From NCBI GenBank assembly GCA_964432675.1, contig CAYSOG010000005.1:910-64909 (forward strand): a DNA stretch of 64,000 bases, written 5' to 3'. This document shows, piece after piece, positions 9,335 through 19,341 of the stretch (its first letter is position 1; every line of letters begins with the position of its first letter). Both the position numbers and the translations under genes were made by a program. The stretch is from an uncultured Gammaproteobacteria bacterium (lineage in GTDB: Bacteria; Patescibacteriota; Microgenomatia; CAYSOG01). The notes under the pieces are model-generated. The model did not search any database. It was not told the DNA's origin and worked only from the letters and a program-made list of their open reading frames with translations.

Positions 9335-11805
9335 CATTAGAAAAAAGCGATATTTTCCTTCTCCTTATTATCACGATTGCCTTAACTGAAATAACACAAA
9401 TATTTCATATCAACTTTTGGCATATCGGCACCATATTAACTGTTATTACAACCCTCATCATACCTGGTATTTTGTTGCTTTTAACGTTACGTGTCGGGCG
9501 TTTACCGTTTTGGCTATCGCTTGTTATGGCGGTCGGGCTCAGCCTTGCCCAGGTCGAATTCGTCGGACTATTGCAAAACCAATTACTGCCAACATACGAA
9601 GTTTTTAAGCCGCTTTCCCATGATCCAACACTTATATGGTTTGCAGTTTATCTATTAATACTTTATATCGTGGCGATGTATAAATCAGACAAAAAAGTGC
9701 AGTTTACAATACCATCAATTAGTATTTCCTTTAAGAATACGCTCTTGTATACACTGCCGCTTTGTTTAATTGCCTTTGCTATTTTTGGAACCATCAGCGT
9801 TAATAATGGCGGATCTAATATATTACTCTTGATACAACTTCTGACTATTAGTGGAATTGTGATACTGCTAACATGGGGTCGAAATAGATTTCCTTCTTCC
9901 ATTTTTCCGTTTACCATCTATTGCATTGCACTCTCATTGCTTTTTACGACCTCACTACGTAGCTGGTATGTTTCCGGACACGACATCATGCAAGAATACT
10001 ATGTTTTCCATTTAACGAAACAGCATGGTATTTGGGATATCGGTTTGTATCGTGACGCCTATAATGCCTGCTTAAGTATTACTATCTTACCGACAATCTT
10101 TTCTAATCTCTTCATGATAAATGACATGTACATATATAAAGTGGTATTTCAAATGCTATTTGGATTTTGCCCGGTACTTGTTTATTATTTATTGAAAAAG
10201 TATACAGCAGATATTTTTGGCTTCCTCGCAGCATTTTATTTTATGTCTTTCCCAACATTCTTTAACGACATGCCAATGCTTAACAGGCAAGAAATAGGCT
10301 TACTCTTTTTTGGCCTGTTGCTGATTATCGTTTTTGATACCATTCTACCAACGGCAGTTCGAAGGATATTGTTCGTGGTGTTTGGGCTTAGTATTATTGT
10401 GTCTCACTACTCGACAAATTATATTGTTCTGGCACTTTTTATTATTGCATACATCAGCCAAAAGCTTATTAGCGGCCCAGCCCTATTGCCTATTCTTAAC
10501 AAAAGCTTAGCAAGGTATACACGCTTTTGGCAAACGGAAAGTACCGACAATATAATTACTAAAGAACCAGAACGAAACTACCAAACTATTCAATCGCCAA
10601 GGTCAAAGCCTTCAACGAAATACGTTCTTGCTAATCCTCAACATAAGACTAATAGATTAATAGATAAAATTGCTAATTTATTTATTCAGCCAAAAAACAT
10701 TTTTTCAAATCAAATTAAGCTACCAGGAGACCTTATACTTATCTTACTAATTGGCACTATCTTCTGGAATGCTGTTTTTACAAGAACAGCGAATAACTTC
10801 GGTGATGTTGCCTCAAAAGTCTACCGGAATATCTTCATCCACTCACAATCGGAAGGAAAGTCAGTTGATGTGAGTTATAGTATTTTCTTTCATCATACAA
10901 TAGATCCGCAGACCCTTATTAAACAATATATTACGACTGCTACAAACCTAGAGCAAACCCATCATGAAGGGCCACTTTATACACCTACTGTCTATACCCA
11001 GTATCCCGTACAACTAATAAATCAAGCCATTTTACCTTCTACCTTCTTAGGCAATGCATTACTAGCTAGCCATGTGCCACTTTTTGATTTACACAGTAAA
11101 AGTAGAGCATTAGCCGCTGGGATAATACAACTTTTAGTCTTTATTGGTCTTCTGGGGTTTGTCATAACGAAGATAAGAAAGCCGATTGACACATTGTATA
11201 TCTATGTGTGCTTAAGCTGTCTGATATTGTTATGTCTTGAAGTAATCCTGCCAGATATTTCAGCAGAATATGGCTTGTTGCGTTTATTTCAACAGTCGCT
11301 CTTTTTACTGTCATTACCAATTGTACTTGCAACGTACATCCTCTTTTTCTTTATTGGCCAACCAAAACGGATATACTTTATGGCTTGCATTGCGATTGGT
11401 TTCTTCCTCAATTTAACCGGGTTCTTCGCGCATCTTACCGGTTCGTATTATCCAACAATGACCCTTGATAATGCAGGCATTTATTATGATGCCTATTATG
11501 TTAATAAAACGAGTATTGTATCGGCACAGTGGCTGAAGCAAAATAGGCAGGCTAATACTACTGTGCAAACTGATATTTCCGGTTCGCTGAAGCTATTAGC
11601 ATACGGGGACATCTTTGCGCTTGATGCCATACTGCCTCCTGTTATCGAAAAAGATTCGTACGTCTATCTACCCAATGCCAAAAGCCAACAATACGTCTTT
11701 ATCTCAGTTAATAGTGATACATTGATCGTCAACTCACCTGAAAAGTTTCTAGAGGAGAATAAAAACTTAATTTACAACAACGGTTGGTCAAAAATTTATA
11801 AGTAA
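9331..11805 (+). CDS. Large polytopic membrane protein, candidate glycan polymerase / GT-C-like transferase
   Basis: 824 aa. There are more than 10 predicted TM helices in the N-terminal 390 aa, then a ~180-aa hydrophilic insert, then additional TM helices and a C-terminal soluble domain. It sits between glycosyltransferases and a pyruvyl transferase. No STT3 WWDYG motif was seen. Confidence 0.45.
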   Translation: MTLEKSDIFLLLIITIALTEITQIFHINFWHIGTILTVITTLIIPGILLLLTLRVGRLPFWLSLVMAVGLSLAQVEFVGLLQNQLLPTYEVFKPLSHDPTLIWFAVYLLILYIVAMYKSDKKVQFTIPSISISFKNTLLYTLPLCLIAFAIFGTISVNNGGSNILLLIQLLTISGIVILLTWGRNRFPSSIFPFTIYCIALSLLFTTSLRSWYVSGHDIMQEYYVFHLTKQHGIWDIGLYRDAYNACLSITILPTIFSNLFMINDMYIYKVVFQMLFGFCPVLVYYLLKKYTADIFGFLAAFYFMSFPTFFNDMPMLNRQEIGLLFFGLLLIIVFDTILPTAVRRILFVVFGLSIIVSHYSTNYIVLALFIIAYISQKLISGPALLPILNKSLARYTRFWQTESTDNIITKEPERNYQTIQSPRSKPSTKYVLANPQHKTNRLIDKIANLFIQPKNIFSNQIKLPGDLILILLIGTIFWNAVFTRTANNFGDVASKVYRNIFIHSQSEGKSVDVSYSIFFHHTIDPQTLIKQYITTATNLEQTHHEGPLYTPTVYTQYPVQLINQAILPSTFLGNALLASHVPLFDLHSKSRALAAGIIQLLVFIGLLGFVITKIRKPIDTLYIYVCLSCLILLCLEVILPDISAEYGLLRLFQQSLFLLSLPIVLATYILFFFIGQPKRIYFMACIAIGFFLNLTGFFAHLTGSYYPTMTLDNAGIYYDAYYVNKTSIVSAQWLKQNRQANTTVQTDISGSLKLLAYGDIFALDAILPPVIEKDSYVYLPNAKSQQYVFISVNSDTLIVNSPEKFLEENKNLIYNNGWSKIYK

Positions 11806-11807
11806 TT

Positions 11808-13124
11808 ATGCAAGTCCTCATAACCCATGCTTATACAAGAAGCAATAAAGGTGATGCAGCAATTTTAAGTGTATTATTGCGGCAAGTGGTAAAGGCGTTT
11901 CCTAAGGCAACAGTTAAGATTTCTACGTTCGATGACCCAAAGAAAAACAAGACATTTGAGCATAGCCAAACTATTTCCTCATTCCTTTACCTCATCGTAT
12001 TTCAATATAAAAATAAAGCCATCAAAGCTTGCTATGCCAGCTACATTATTTTTGTAACAGTACTTTGGGCGTTAGTTTATCGGTATTTTAGCTGGGAATT
12101 GAATACAATTCTTTCAACGCCAATCCGTAAAATAATACAAGAATTTAAAAATAGTGATCTTATTATCCCAATTGGTGGTGGGTATATCCGTTCAAAACCT
12201 GGTATCGCTGATACGGTAAACTTGCTGCTTGTTTTGCATCCTATCGAAATAAGCCTACTCTTAGCAAAACCGGTTATATTATACTCACAATCTATTGGCC
12301 CCTTTTATAATGGCCTACAAACGTTTATGGCCCGTTTGGTACTTAATCGAACGAGACTTATTATGGTTCGTGAAGATCATTCGTTAAAAACTCTTCGAGC
12401 AATTGGAATAAATCAGCATATTGTTACCAGAACGGTTGATGCTGCGTTCCTCTTTCCTGGTGTGCACCATAGCAAATCAATATTCCAACCATACCGCAAA
12501 AAACTAGCCAGTAAAACGATCGTTGGCATTACCGTACGGCAGTGGCTTGGTTCACAAGAGCAGCATAAATATGAACAAGCATTTGCTGAGTTTATTAATA
12601 TGATGGCGAGTAGTAATATGTATATATTCATTCTCATCCCTCAAGTATCTTCAAAACTCCACCATGATGACGACCGTCAAGTTGCTCAAAGAATTATGCA
12701 TGCTATTAAAAACAAACAGTACGTCATTAACCTTAGTGGTAACTATTCGCATCACCAAGTAAAAGCAATGTACCAAAATCTCGATTTTATCATTGGCACA
12801 AGGTTCCATTCAGTTATTTTTGCGCTTACTTCTTACGTACCGGCACTTGCTATTGAATATGAGTATAAAACAAGTGGCATTATGAAGGACTTGCACTTAA
12901 ACCAATGGGTAATGCCGATAGAAGCAGTGACGGCAAAACGGTTGTACAGTAAATTCATGAATCTAGTACAGGCAAAAACAAGTTATAAAAAAACACTCCA
13001 TAACTATTTACCGTCATATATACAGCAAGCGCAAGACAATGTAGAATATCTCAGAAAAGCATACCGGTCATTTGTAACGGAAAAGTCTGAACGTCATCAG
13101 ATACTGCAAAGCTATGAGAATTAG
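11808..13124 (+). CDS. Polysaccharide pyruvyl transferase family protein (CsaB/WcaK-like)
   Basis: IPIGGGYIRSKPG and GTRFHSVIFALTSYVPALAIEYEYKTSG resemble the PS_pyruv_trans core. Confidence 0.6.
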   Translation: MQVLITHAYTRSNKGDAAILSVLLRQVVKAFPKATVKISTFDDPKKNKTFEHSQTISSFLYLIVFQYKNKAIKACYASYIIFVTVLWALVYRYFSWELNTILSTPIRKIIQEFKNSDLIIPIGGGYIRSKPGIADTVNLLLVLHPIEISLLLAKPVILYSQSIGPFYNGLQTFMARLVLNRTRLIMVREDHSLKTLRAIGINQHIVTRTVDAAFLFPGVHHSKSIFQPYRKKLASKTIVGITVRQWLGSQEQHKYEQAFAEFINMMASSNMYIFILIPQVSSKLHHDDDRQVAQRIMHAIKNKQYVINLSGNYSHHQVKAMYQNLDFIIGTRFHSVIFALTSYVPALAIEYEYKTSGIMKDLHLNQWVMPIEAVTAKRLYSKFMNLVQAKTSYKKTLHNYLPSYIQQAQDNVEYLRKAYRSFVTEKSERHQILQSYEN

Positions 13125-14319
13125 AAATGTTCGTGTCGAAACGCAAGGCAACAAAATTTCCTTATTGGCCACCTGCACTATTCGTCATTTTGGCGACGAT
13201 GAAGTGTATATAACGTTTCCTAAAAAATACAAAACATTTATTAGGGCTGATGCCAGCCCATTTGCTGCAATGCTGCTTATCCCTTCGATGAAAAAAGGTG
13301 AAGACCTTATCATTGAAGGCACAATCTCCGAAAAACTGTATCACAATATGCAGCATATCATGAAAGTCATGCTTGGTTGGAAGGAATTAGGGCTAAAGCC
13401 CATCCGTATTATTGTCGACGGTACAACGCAAGATGCACAACAGGCAAATATTGAAGCTTCATTCTTTTCGGGTGGCGTGGATTCCTTTTATACCTTTTTT
13501 AAAAATAAGACAAGCAAGAAACAAAAATTGACACATATAATTCTTGTCCATGGCTTCGATATTGAGCTACGCAATCAAGAATTATGGCAAAAAACACGCA
13601 AACACGCAAAAACTCTCGCCCATGAGGAAAATATTTCCATTATTGATGTTTCATGCAATATATATCGTCTTATTACACCTTTTATATTATGGGAACATGC
13701 GTTCGGCGGCTGTATGGCGGCCATTGCTTTAGCATTACGGCAAAAGTTGCAAAAAATTTACCTTGCATCATCGTATCGATATGACCAACAATTTCCAGGA
13801 GGATCACATAGTGCAATTGACAAATATTGGAGCACCGAAAAACTTACATTTGTCCATCACGGTGGCGACGTAACGAGATTTGAAAAAGTCAAATATATAG
13901 CTAATTTCTCCCATGCATTAAAACATTTGCGTATTTGTAATGATACCCGCGATGGCACGTATAATTGTGGGGTGTGTGATAAGTGCGTTCGAACGATGAT
14001 CAGCCTTGCAATCGTTGGGAAACTGAACAATGCATCTACACTACCGAAAAAGTTAGACCTTGCTCTTGTTAAAAACCTCGCTATCCAACACGAATTTTCA
14101 GCAATATTCCAAAGAGAAAATTTGGCAGCATTACAACAAAACCATCCAAACCCCAAACTCGAAGAGGCAATCGAACAAAGCCTGAAAAAACTTTCAAATA
14201 ACCACCATAATGCCCTGCCTGACACCGTATTGAGTAAGTTAATTTATGCTGACAATGAATACAACCGGGGTCGGATATATGAACTTATTTCGTATCTTAG
14301 ATATAAGCTTTTTCTTTAA
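13114..14319 (+). CDS. PP-loop ATP pyrophosphatase superfamily protein with C-terminal Cys cluster (N-acetyl-sugar amidotransferase WbpG/WbuX-like or QueC-like)
   Basis: SGGVDS PP-loop motif at ~aa 119 and a C-x13-CGVCDKC cluster at ~aa 270-295. It overlaps the pyruvyl transferase gene by 11 bp. Confidence 0.45.
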   Translation: MRIRNVRVETQGNKISLLATCTIRHFGDDEVYITFPKKYKTFIRADASPFAAMLLIPSMKKGEDLIIEGTISEKLYHNMQHIMKVMLGWKELGLKPIRIIVDGTTQDAQQANIEASFFSGGVDSFYTFFKNKTSKKQKLTHIILVHGFDIELRNQELWQKTRKHAKTLAHEENISIIDVSCNIYRLITPFILWEHAFGGCMAAIALALRQKLQKIYLASSYRYDQQFPGGSHSAIDKYWSTEKLTFVHHGGDVTRFEKVKYIANFSHALKHLRICNDTRDGTYNCGVCDKCVRTMISLAIVGKLNNASTLPKKLDLALVKNLAIQHEFSAIFQRENLAALQQNHPNPKLEEAIEQSLKKLSNNHHNALPDTVLSKLIYADNEYNRGRIYELISYLRYKLFL

Positions 14320-15670
14320 AATACGAAAAGTATTTCCGCGCTAACTGATTAAAGCCAATTTCTTTTATAAGGAACAGGAAAAACAGAGCGGCCGTAAGCA
14401 ATTGTGCAAATAACCATCCAATACCAATGCCGGTAAGCCCTCGAGAAATAAATATGACGCTAGACCCAAGAAGTAATGAGCAACCAATAACATTACAAAT
14501 TAACAATAAACCAATTTTATGTCTAATTCGAAAAACAGCACTTGTCACTAATGCAATTGAGGCGAAAAATGATGAAACACCAAATAGCCGCAACAGCTCG
14601 AACGCTTCGGTTTCATAATTTTGGCCAAAGAAATGCAAAACAATATTGCCAAAAAAGTAAATAACAAAAACAGCAGGAATAAGTAATCCAAAAATAAGAC
14701 CAATTGATTTGGTCAGATGCGTTTGTAGCTCGCGGTTATCATACGAACCTTCGGCAAGAAGCGACTGTGTTACAGCAACAGGAATTATAAGGAGCAAATT
14801 CAATATCATGGCATCAATGTAATAATATGCCGCGGCTTTAGCATTAAGAAAATTCACTATCAAAAGCGGTAAAATTAATATTGGCAACTGATATAAAAAT
14901 CCAGCCACATAGTTTGCAATTGAGAATCGAGCCATCTGTGAAACAGCTGTCTTATTAAATGTAATCCGGAAAGAGTATTTGAATTTTATTGCTAATATAA
15001 CAATAGCGAAAAAGGAGCCGAATACTGTTGCCACAGCAACAGAAGTAAAAATACCGAATGCGCCAAATATAATCAAGAAAAAAGGCAAAACCAGTTTAAT
15101 AATACTGAGTGTTGTGTTTTTAAAAAGAACATTTTCCGCTGCTCGATATGCCATAAAAATGCCATCAATTATAAGGCTCCAGGTATAGGCAATGATGAAA
15201 ATAACAAACAAAATGCTATAGAAATAGTTGGTTTTGAGAAAAAGTAAGTGCGGTGAGAATGTCCGAATTCCCTGTATAAAAATAATGCAAGCAATACATG
15301 CTACTATACCTGTAACAACGAACGTTGAATTAATCATTTCATTACGTATGTGTGAGTTTGGGAGATAGCGAATAAGACTGATGTTTAGGCTTAATGTGCT
15401 AAAACCGCCGATTAAGCTCATAACCGAAATGAGAGTCGTTGCGATGCCAATGTCTTCTGGCTTTGCGATACGAGCCACTAGCATCCAAAACAGAAAACCA
15501 AATGCAGCTAAGACAAATGTACTCGACATAATATATATCGAATTTCGGAAAAGTAAATCTGATTTGAAATGATGGATGATAGTTTGTACTACTCGGTTTT
15601 GCATATTCATCGGCAGCAAGCTAGTGCGAGTATACACTATTAGCCTCTTTGGTGCATTAAGTAAAGCCAA
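14297..15670 (-). CDS. Polysaccharide biosynthesis protein, Wzx-like flippase (MOP superfamily)
   Basis: ~12-14 TM helices in a protein of typical Wzx size, inside the glycan locus. The start is uncertain; internal Met codons at ~15610 and ~15604 are alternatives. Confidence 0.55.
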   Translation of the reverse strand: MALLNAPKRLIVYTRTSLLPMNMQNRVVQTIIHHFKSDLLFRNSIYIMSSTFVLAAFGFLFWMLVARIAKPEDIGIATTLISVMSLIGGFSTLSLNISLIRYLPNSHIRNEMINSTFVVTGIVACIACIIFIQGIRTFSPHLLFLKTNYFYSILFVIFIIAYTWSLIIDGIFMAYRAAENVLFKNTTLSIIKLVLPFFLIIFGAFGIFTSVAVATVFGSFFAIVILAIKFKYSFRITFNKTAVSQMARFSIANYVAGFLYQLPILILPLLIVNFLNAKAAAYYYIDAMILNLLLIIPVAVTQSLLAEGSYDNRELQTHLTKSIGLIFGLLIPAVFVIYFFGNIVLHFFGQNYETEAFELLRLFGVSSFFASIALVTSAVFRIRHKIGLLLICNVIGCSLLLGSSVIFISRGLTGIGIGWLFAQLLTAALFFLFLIKEIGFNQLARKYFSYFKEKAYI

Positions 15671-15754
15671 AATGGTGGAAACAGATGGTATACTACGAAT
15701 TGTTTTGTGCCAAAAGTCTATCGAAAAAGAAAAGTACTAAAATTTAAGGTATAA

Positions 15755-17221
15755 ATGAAAAAACGATTGCAAAATCTTAATCCTAAGGTGATCGCGACAA
15801 TTGTCACATTTTGTATAGCTGCAGGAATTATTGCAATATTTTTCCAACAAAAAATACGCGATTATTCATATGTCTACCTCTTACCCTCGCAAAGACAAGT
15901 AAACGAAGCTGGCCAAATATCACCAAATACCATGGGTACTTCTTACCTTATTTACGGTGTCAATGTTGACATAAGCCAATTGGTACCCAACTCGCCAAGA
16001 TATGTTGTTAACGCAAGTGGACAAGATCTTATCGATGTTGCCCATAATCTTGGTGTTAATACGCTACGTATTACCAACGCTGCGATAGCATTCCCTGATC
16101 GGCCTGGCAATTTCACCCAAGCTGAATGGCATGCAGTACTCGATAAGATGACTAGGTATAACATGAAGGCTATAGTACTATTAGAAACACCAAACCTTGA
16201 CCCAAATGATTTTTCCCAAAACTATCTGGCTTTAGCGCAGAGTTATATAGATTTAGACATTCTAAGCGACCCAATAGTATGGGCAGTTGATATCCGCAAT
16301 GAGCCACTTATAAATTCCGATAATATCAATGTCATGAAAAAAGTAGCAGTTCTCATAAAAAACCGTTACCCCAATATCCAAATAACGATTGGCGGCTGGA
16401 AAATATATAATCCAAATGGGCCACAGGACAATGATCCATTTAGTTGGAATGACCCAAAAGCTGGCAAACAACTCTATGATATCGTTGATTTTTATTCAAC
16501 GCATATCTATGGTTACGACCAGAAGTTTCTAGGGATATTTCCAAATCCATATAACTTAACGCTTTACCAACTTTCACTTGTAAAACAATCCGCAGGTAAT
16601 AAGCCAATATTAATTGAAGAATTTGGTGCGGGCAACGGTGATGCCATTACTGACCAAGGAACCTTAGGAAGTAAGGAGTTGCAAGCAAATGTTTATGCAA
16701 ATGTTTATCAAGTAATAGAGGATAATAAATTTGCCGATAACCTGCTTGGCAGCGTAGCGTATGTACTCTATCCGCGCGATAGGAATACAAATGGCTGGAA
16801 TATTGTTGCAAATAGCGGTGATACATTATACCCAGCCGCCCAAGTACTTAAACAGTTCACGGGTAAATCCGATTCACCAATAAAAATCTTAAGTTACTCA
16901 ACACCACAAACGTATATTCTCACAAACAATGATTTTGGGAAGCACCTTACTGTTAAAAAAAATGACATCTTAGGCTTCGCGATTGATCTAGACGATGCTT
17001 ATACTTACACCTTAATAAGCACAAATCCGTCAGTAATCACCACCAATCAACCTCTCATTATCGATTCAGTTAGTCATAAATATCAGGCCCTGCTGCATGT
17101 TGGAAATGGCGGTACGGCAACCCTTACCATCATGCAAGCGAAACAGTGCCTGCAAAATATAGTCTGCAATCAAATTCCAACACCGAAAGACACATTTACT
17201 ATTACTGTGCAAGGTGACTAA
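15755..17221 (+). CDS. Membrane-anchored glycoside hydrolase family 5-like enzyme with C-terminal beta-rich domain
   Basis: N-terminal TM helix. IRNEPL (the NEP catalytic-acid motif) and ILIEEFG (nucleophile Glu) are spaced appropriately for the GH5 (beta/alpha)8 barrel. Confidence 0.6.
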   Translation: MKKRLQNLNPKVIATIVTFCIAAGIIAIFFQQKIRDYSYVYLLPSQRQVNEAGQISPNTMGTSYLIYGVNVDISQLVPNSPRYVVNASGQDLIDVAHNLGVNTLRITNAAIAFPDRPGNFTQAEWHAVLDKMTRYNMKAIVLLETPNLDPNDFSQNYLALAQSYIDLDILSDPIVWAVDIRNEPLINSDNINVMKKVAVLIKNRYPNIQITIGGWKIYNPNGPQDNDPFSWNDPKAGKQLYDIVDFYSTHIYGYDQKFLGIFPNPYNLTLYQLSLVKQSAGNKPILIEEFGAGNGDAITDQGTLGSKELQANVYANVYQVIEDNKFADNLLGSVAYVLYPRDRNTNGWNIVANSGDTLYPAAQVLKQFTGKSDSPIKILSYSTPQTYILTNNDFGKHLTVKKNDILGFAIDLDDAYTYTLISTNPSVITTNQPLIIDSVSHKYQALLHVGNGGTATLTIMQAKQCLQNIVCNQIPTPKDTFTITVQGD

Positions 17222-17892
17222 TCGTCGATTTCATCTTCTTCGAGCTTTGTATCATCATCGCTCACCATACCACCTGCAAATCCTACCCGGCGTTGTTCAT
17301 AACCACGCCCTGTTGCACTATCGAGCCGATCACTTTGATATGCTGGTTGCACCATCGTAATTGTTTGCATGTCTTGTACGCCATATTTTTCCATGACGTC
17401 AGAAACAAACGTTTCAACTCGATTGCCAACAGGTACAAGTAGTAAGATTGCCCCTTCCCGAATACGTTGTTCATAAACTCGTGCCTGCTGTTCTGGGACA
17501 CCGAGACTTACTAGCGCACCTATAATGCCACCAGCAAGGGCACCCGTTACAGTTCCAGATATTGTCGTCGCGGCAGCCCCAGTTAGCCCAAGCGCTGCAG
17601 CTATTGGCCCAGCAATAAGTATGCCACCAATACCAGGAAGAGCAATAGCACCAACGCCGATTAATAACCCTGCCAAGCCACCGATTAAACCACCAGTTAC
17701 TGCACCGCTTGTAACGGCATCAGTGGTAGAAGCTCCAGTGCGTTTAGCTACATCATGGCTGGCCCTTGTATCTCGCATAACTATTGAAACGTCTTTTGGG
17801 TTATAGCCATTGCGCTCTAAATCGTGGATAACCCGTTCTGCATCTTCTTGCGATGAAAACATACCTAATACAACTTTATTACTTGCTGCCAT
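17218..17892 (-). CDS. YflT/general-stress-protein-like domain protein with glycine-zipper membrane region and acidic C-terminal tail
   Basis: The N-terminus VVLGMFSSQEDAERVIHDLERNGYNPKDVSIVMRD resembles the heat-induced stress protein YflT/DUF1269 family. It is followed by a GxxxG-rich hydrophobic segment and an E/D-rich tail. Confidence 0.45.
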   Translation of the reverse strand: MAASNKVVLGMFSSQEDAERVIHDLERNGYNPKDVSIVMRDTRASHDVAKRTGASTTDAVTSGAVTGGLIGGLAGLLIGVGAIALPGIGGILIAGPIAAALGLTGAAATTISGTVTGALAGGIIGALVSLGVPEQQARVYEQRIREGAILLLVPVGNRVETFVSDVMEKYGVQDMQTITMVQPAYQSDRLDSATGRGYEQRRVGFAGGMVSDDDTKLEEDEIDD

Positions 17893-17984
17893 ACGAACCT
17901 CCTTTTCATTTGTTATGGTTGCAAGTATAGGCGAACTAGCCTTAATAGTCTGTTAAAGTGTTTTCGCTAGGTGTGATTAAAAAG

Positions 17985-19205
17985 CTAAAATATGCTTGGC
18001 CCTTTTGGTGTTCCTAATCCTGTTGGTCCATCATAACCATCATTGGCATGGCAAAGATAAGATCGTGCACAACTACCATTCGAACCTACTGTTATGTCGG
18101 TTAATGCTATGCCCCTTCCATAAAACAAAGCATTTACGAGCGTATGGGCTGGCATCTTATCACCCTGAGCGACAATACCGGCAACTAATGGCGCGGCTAA
18201 ACTGGTACCGCCTATGACAAGCCACCCCTTTTTACTACCAGCAACAGTCGAACTATAAATTGCCGCCCCAGTATGTGGGTCAGCGTCGGCCGCGATATCA
18301 GCAACTGATCTTTTGCTGCAACCTTCATCGTGTTGCCAAGCAGGCTTGCTTTCATAAGCGCTGCAGCCACTTCCTGTTCCAGCCCAAACTACCTCCGATT
18401 TATAACTGGTATTGCCAACAAGATGCAGTGTCGTACCACCAACAGCTGTAACATACTCTGATGCTGCCGGATACGACACACCATAACCATTATCTCCAGA
18501 ACTAAATGCTATAAACCTTCCTGGCAAATTAAAATGTTTATCATATGATCTTTCTGAAGTAGTTTCTTGGCCACCCCATGAATTTGAAATTATCTTCGCG
18601 CCTTTTTTCACCGCCGTATCAAAAGCGGCAAGCAAGCTTGTCATACTACTTGAACTTGCTTCTACCAACAGGATGTTGCAGTTCTCACAAAGGGCGTGCG
18701 CTACTTCGACATCGAGGGCTATTTCCATTGCCCAACCGCTATTTTTATTTGGTAAGTTGGTCCCACCTTTCTGATTTATTTTCTCAAGGCAAGGGTTATT
18801 AGGTGTCCCGGCACTAACTGGACAAGAGGCAAGTTTTGGCAGACCGAATGTATCACTATAGACATTAACATCTTGCAGAATAGTTGGATCATCGTAGGCA
18901 TCAACAATGGCAATGGTATTTTTTGATTGGCTAACACCATCAACGCTGTAAGCGCCACGAAATTGCGCAGGTCCATAGCCAGACGGAACATTAGTAACAT
19001 GGGGTAAACCATTTGGTTCTGTAAGGACCCGAGCATGACAGCGGACATGGCCTTTAGCCGATGAACCGCAAACTGCAGTATGCGATAAGCTTATATCGGA
19101 TATAGTTGCAGGATAACTAGTAAGGGCAAAAACAGAGGTTGGGAAAAATAAAGTAATACAAAGCAATGCAGCACAACATAAAAGTGTTTTCATAAAAGTC
19201 CTCAC
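17985..19205 (-). CDS. Secreted subtilase-superfamily peptidase, sedolisin-like (S53/S8), paralog of 2084..3319
   Basis: IAIVDAYDDP, FSSGDNGYG and IGGTSLAAPLVAG, about 60% identical to the left-flank paralog. Signal peptide present. Confidence 0.7.
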   Translation of the reverse strand: MRTFMKTLLCCAALLCITLFFPTSVFALTSYPATISDISLSHTAVCGSSAKGHVRCHARVLTEPNGLPHVTNVPSGYGPAQFRGAYSVDGVSQSKNTIAIVDAYDDPTILQDVNVYSDTFGLPKLASCPVSAGTPNNPCLEKINQKGGTNLPNKNSGWAMEIALDVEVAHALCENCNILLVEASSSSMTSLLAAFDTAVKKGAKIISNSWGGQETTSERSYDKHFNLPGRFIAFSSGDNGYGVSYPAASEYVTAVGGTTLHLVGNTSYKSEVVWAGTGSGCSAYESKPAWQHDEGCSKRSVADIAADADPHTGAAIYSSTVAGSKKGWLVIGGTSLAAPLVAGIVAQGDKMPAHTLVNALFYGRGIALTDITVGSNGSCARSYLCHANDGYDGPTGLGTPKGPSIF

Positions 19206-19341
19206 TTTACTTGAGGGCAGGCACTTATATTTTTACTGCAGTTTCGTATATTCTACGGGTATTTTAAATTTATTGTCAAGAGGAAAATTAAACCAAAATT
19301 AACTATCGACAATCTCTTGCCAAAGTACAATACTTACTATA

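Noticed and set aside
9331-11805. STT3/AglB-type oligosaccharyltransferase
   Set aside because: No WWDYG, DxD or DK/MI motifs were found by eye. It is kept as a generic GT-C/polymerase candidate only.
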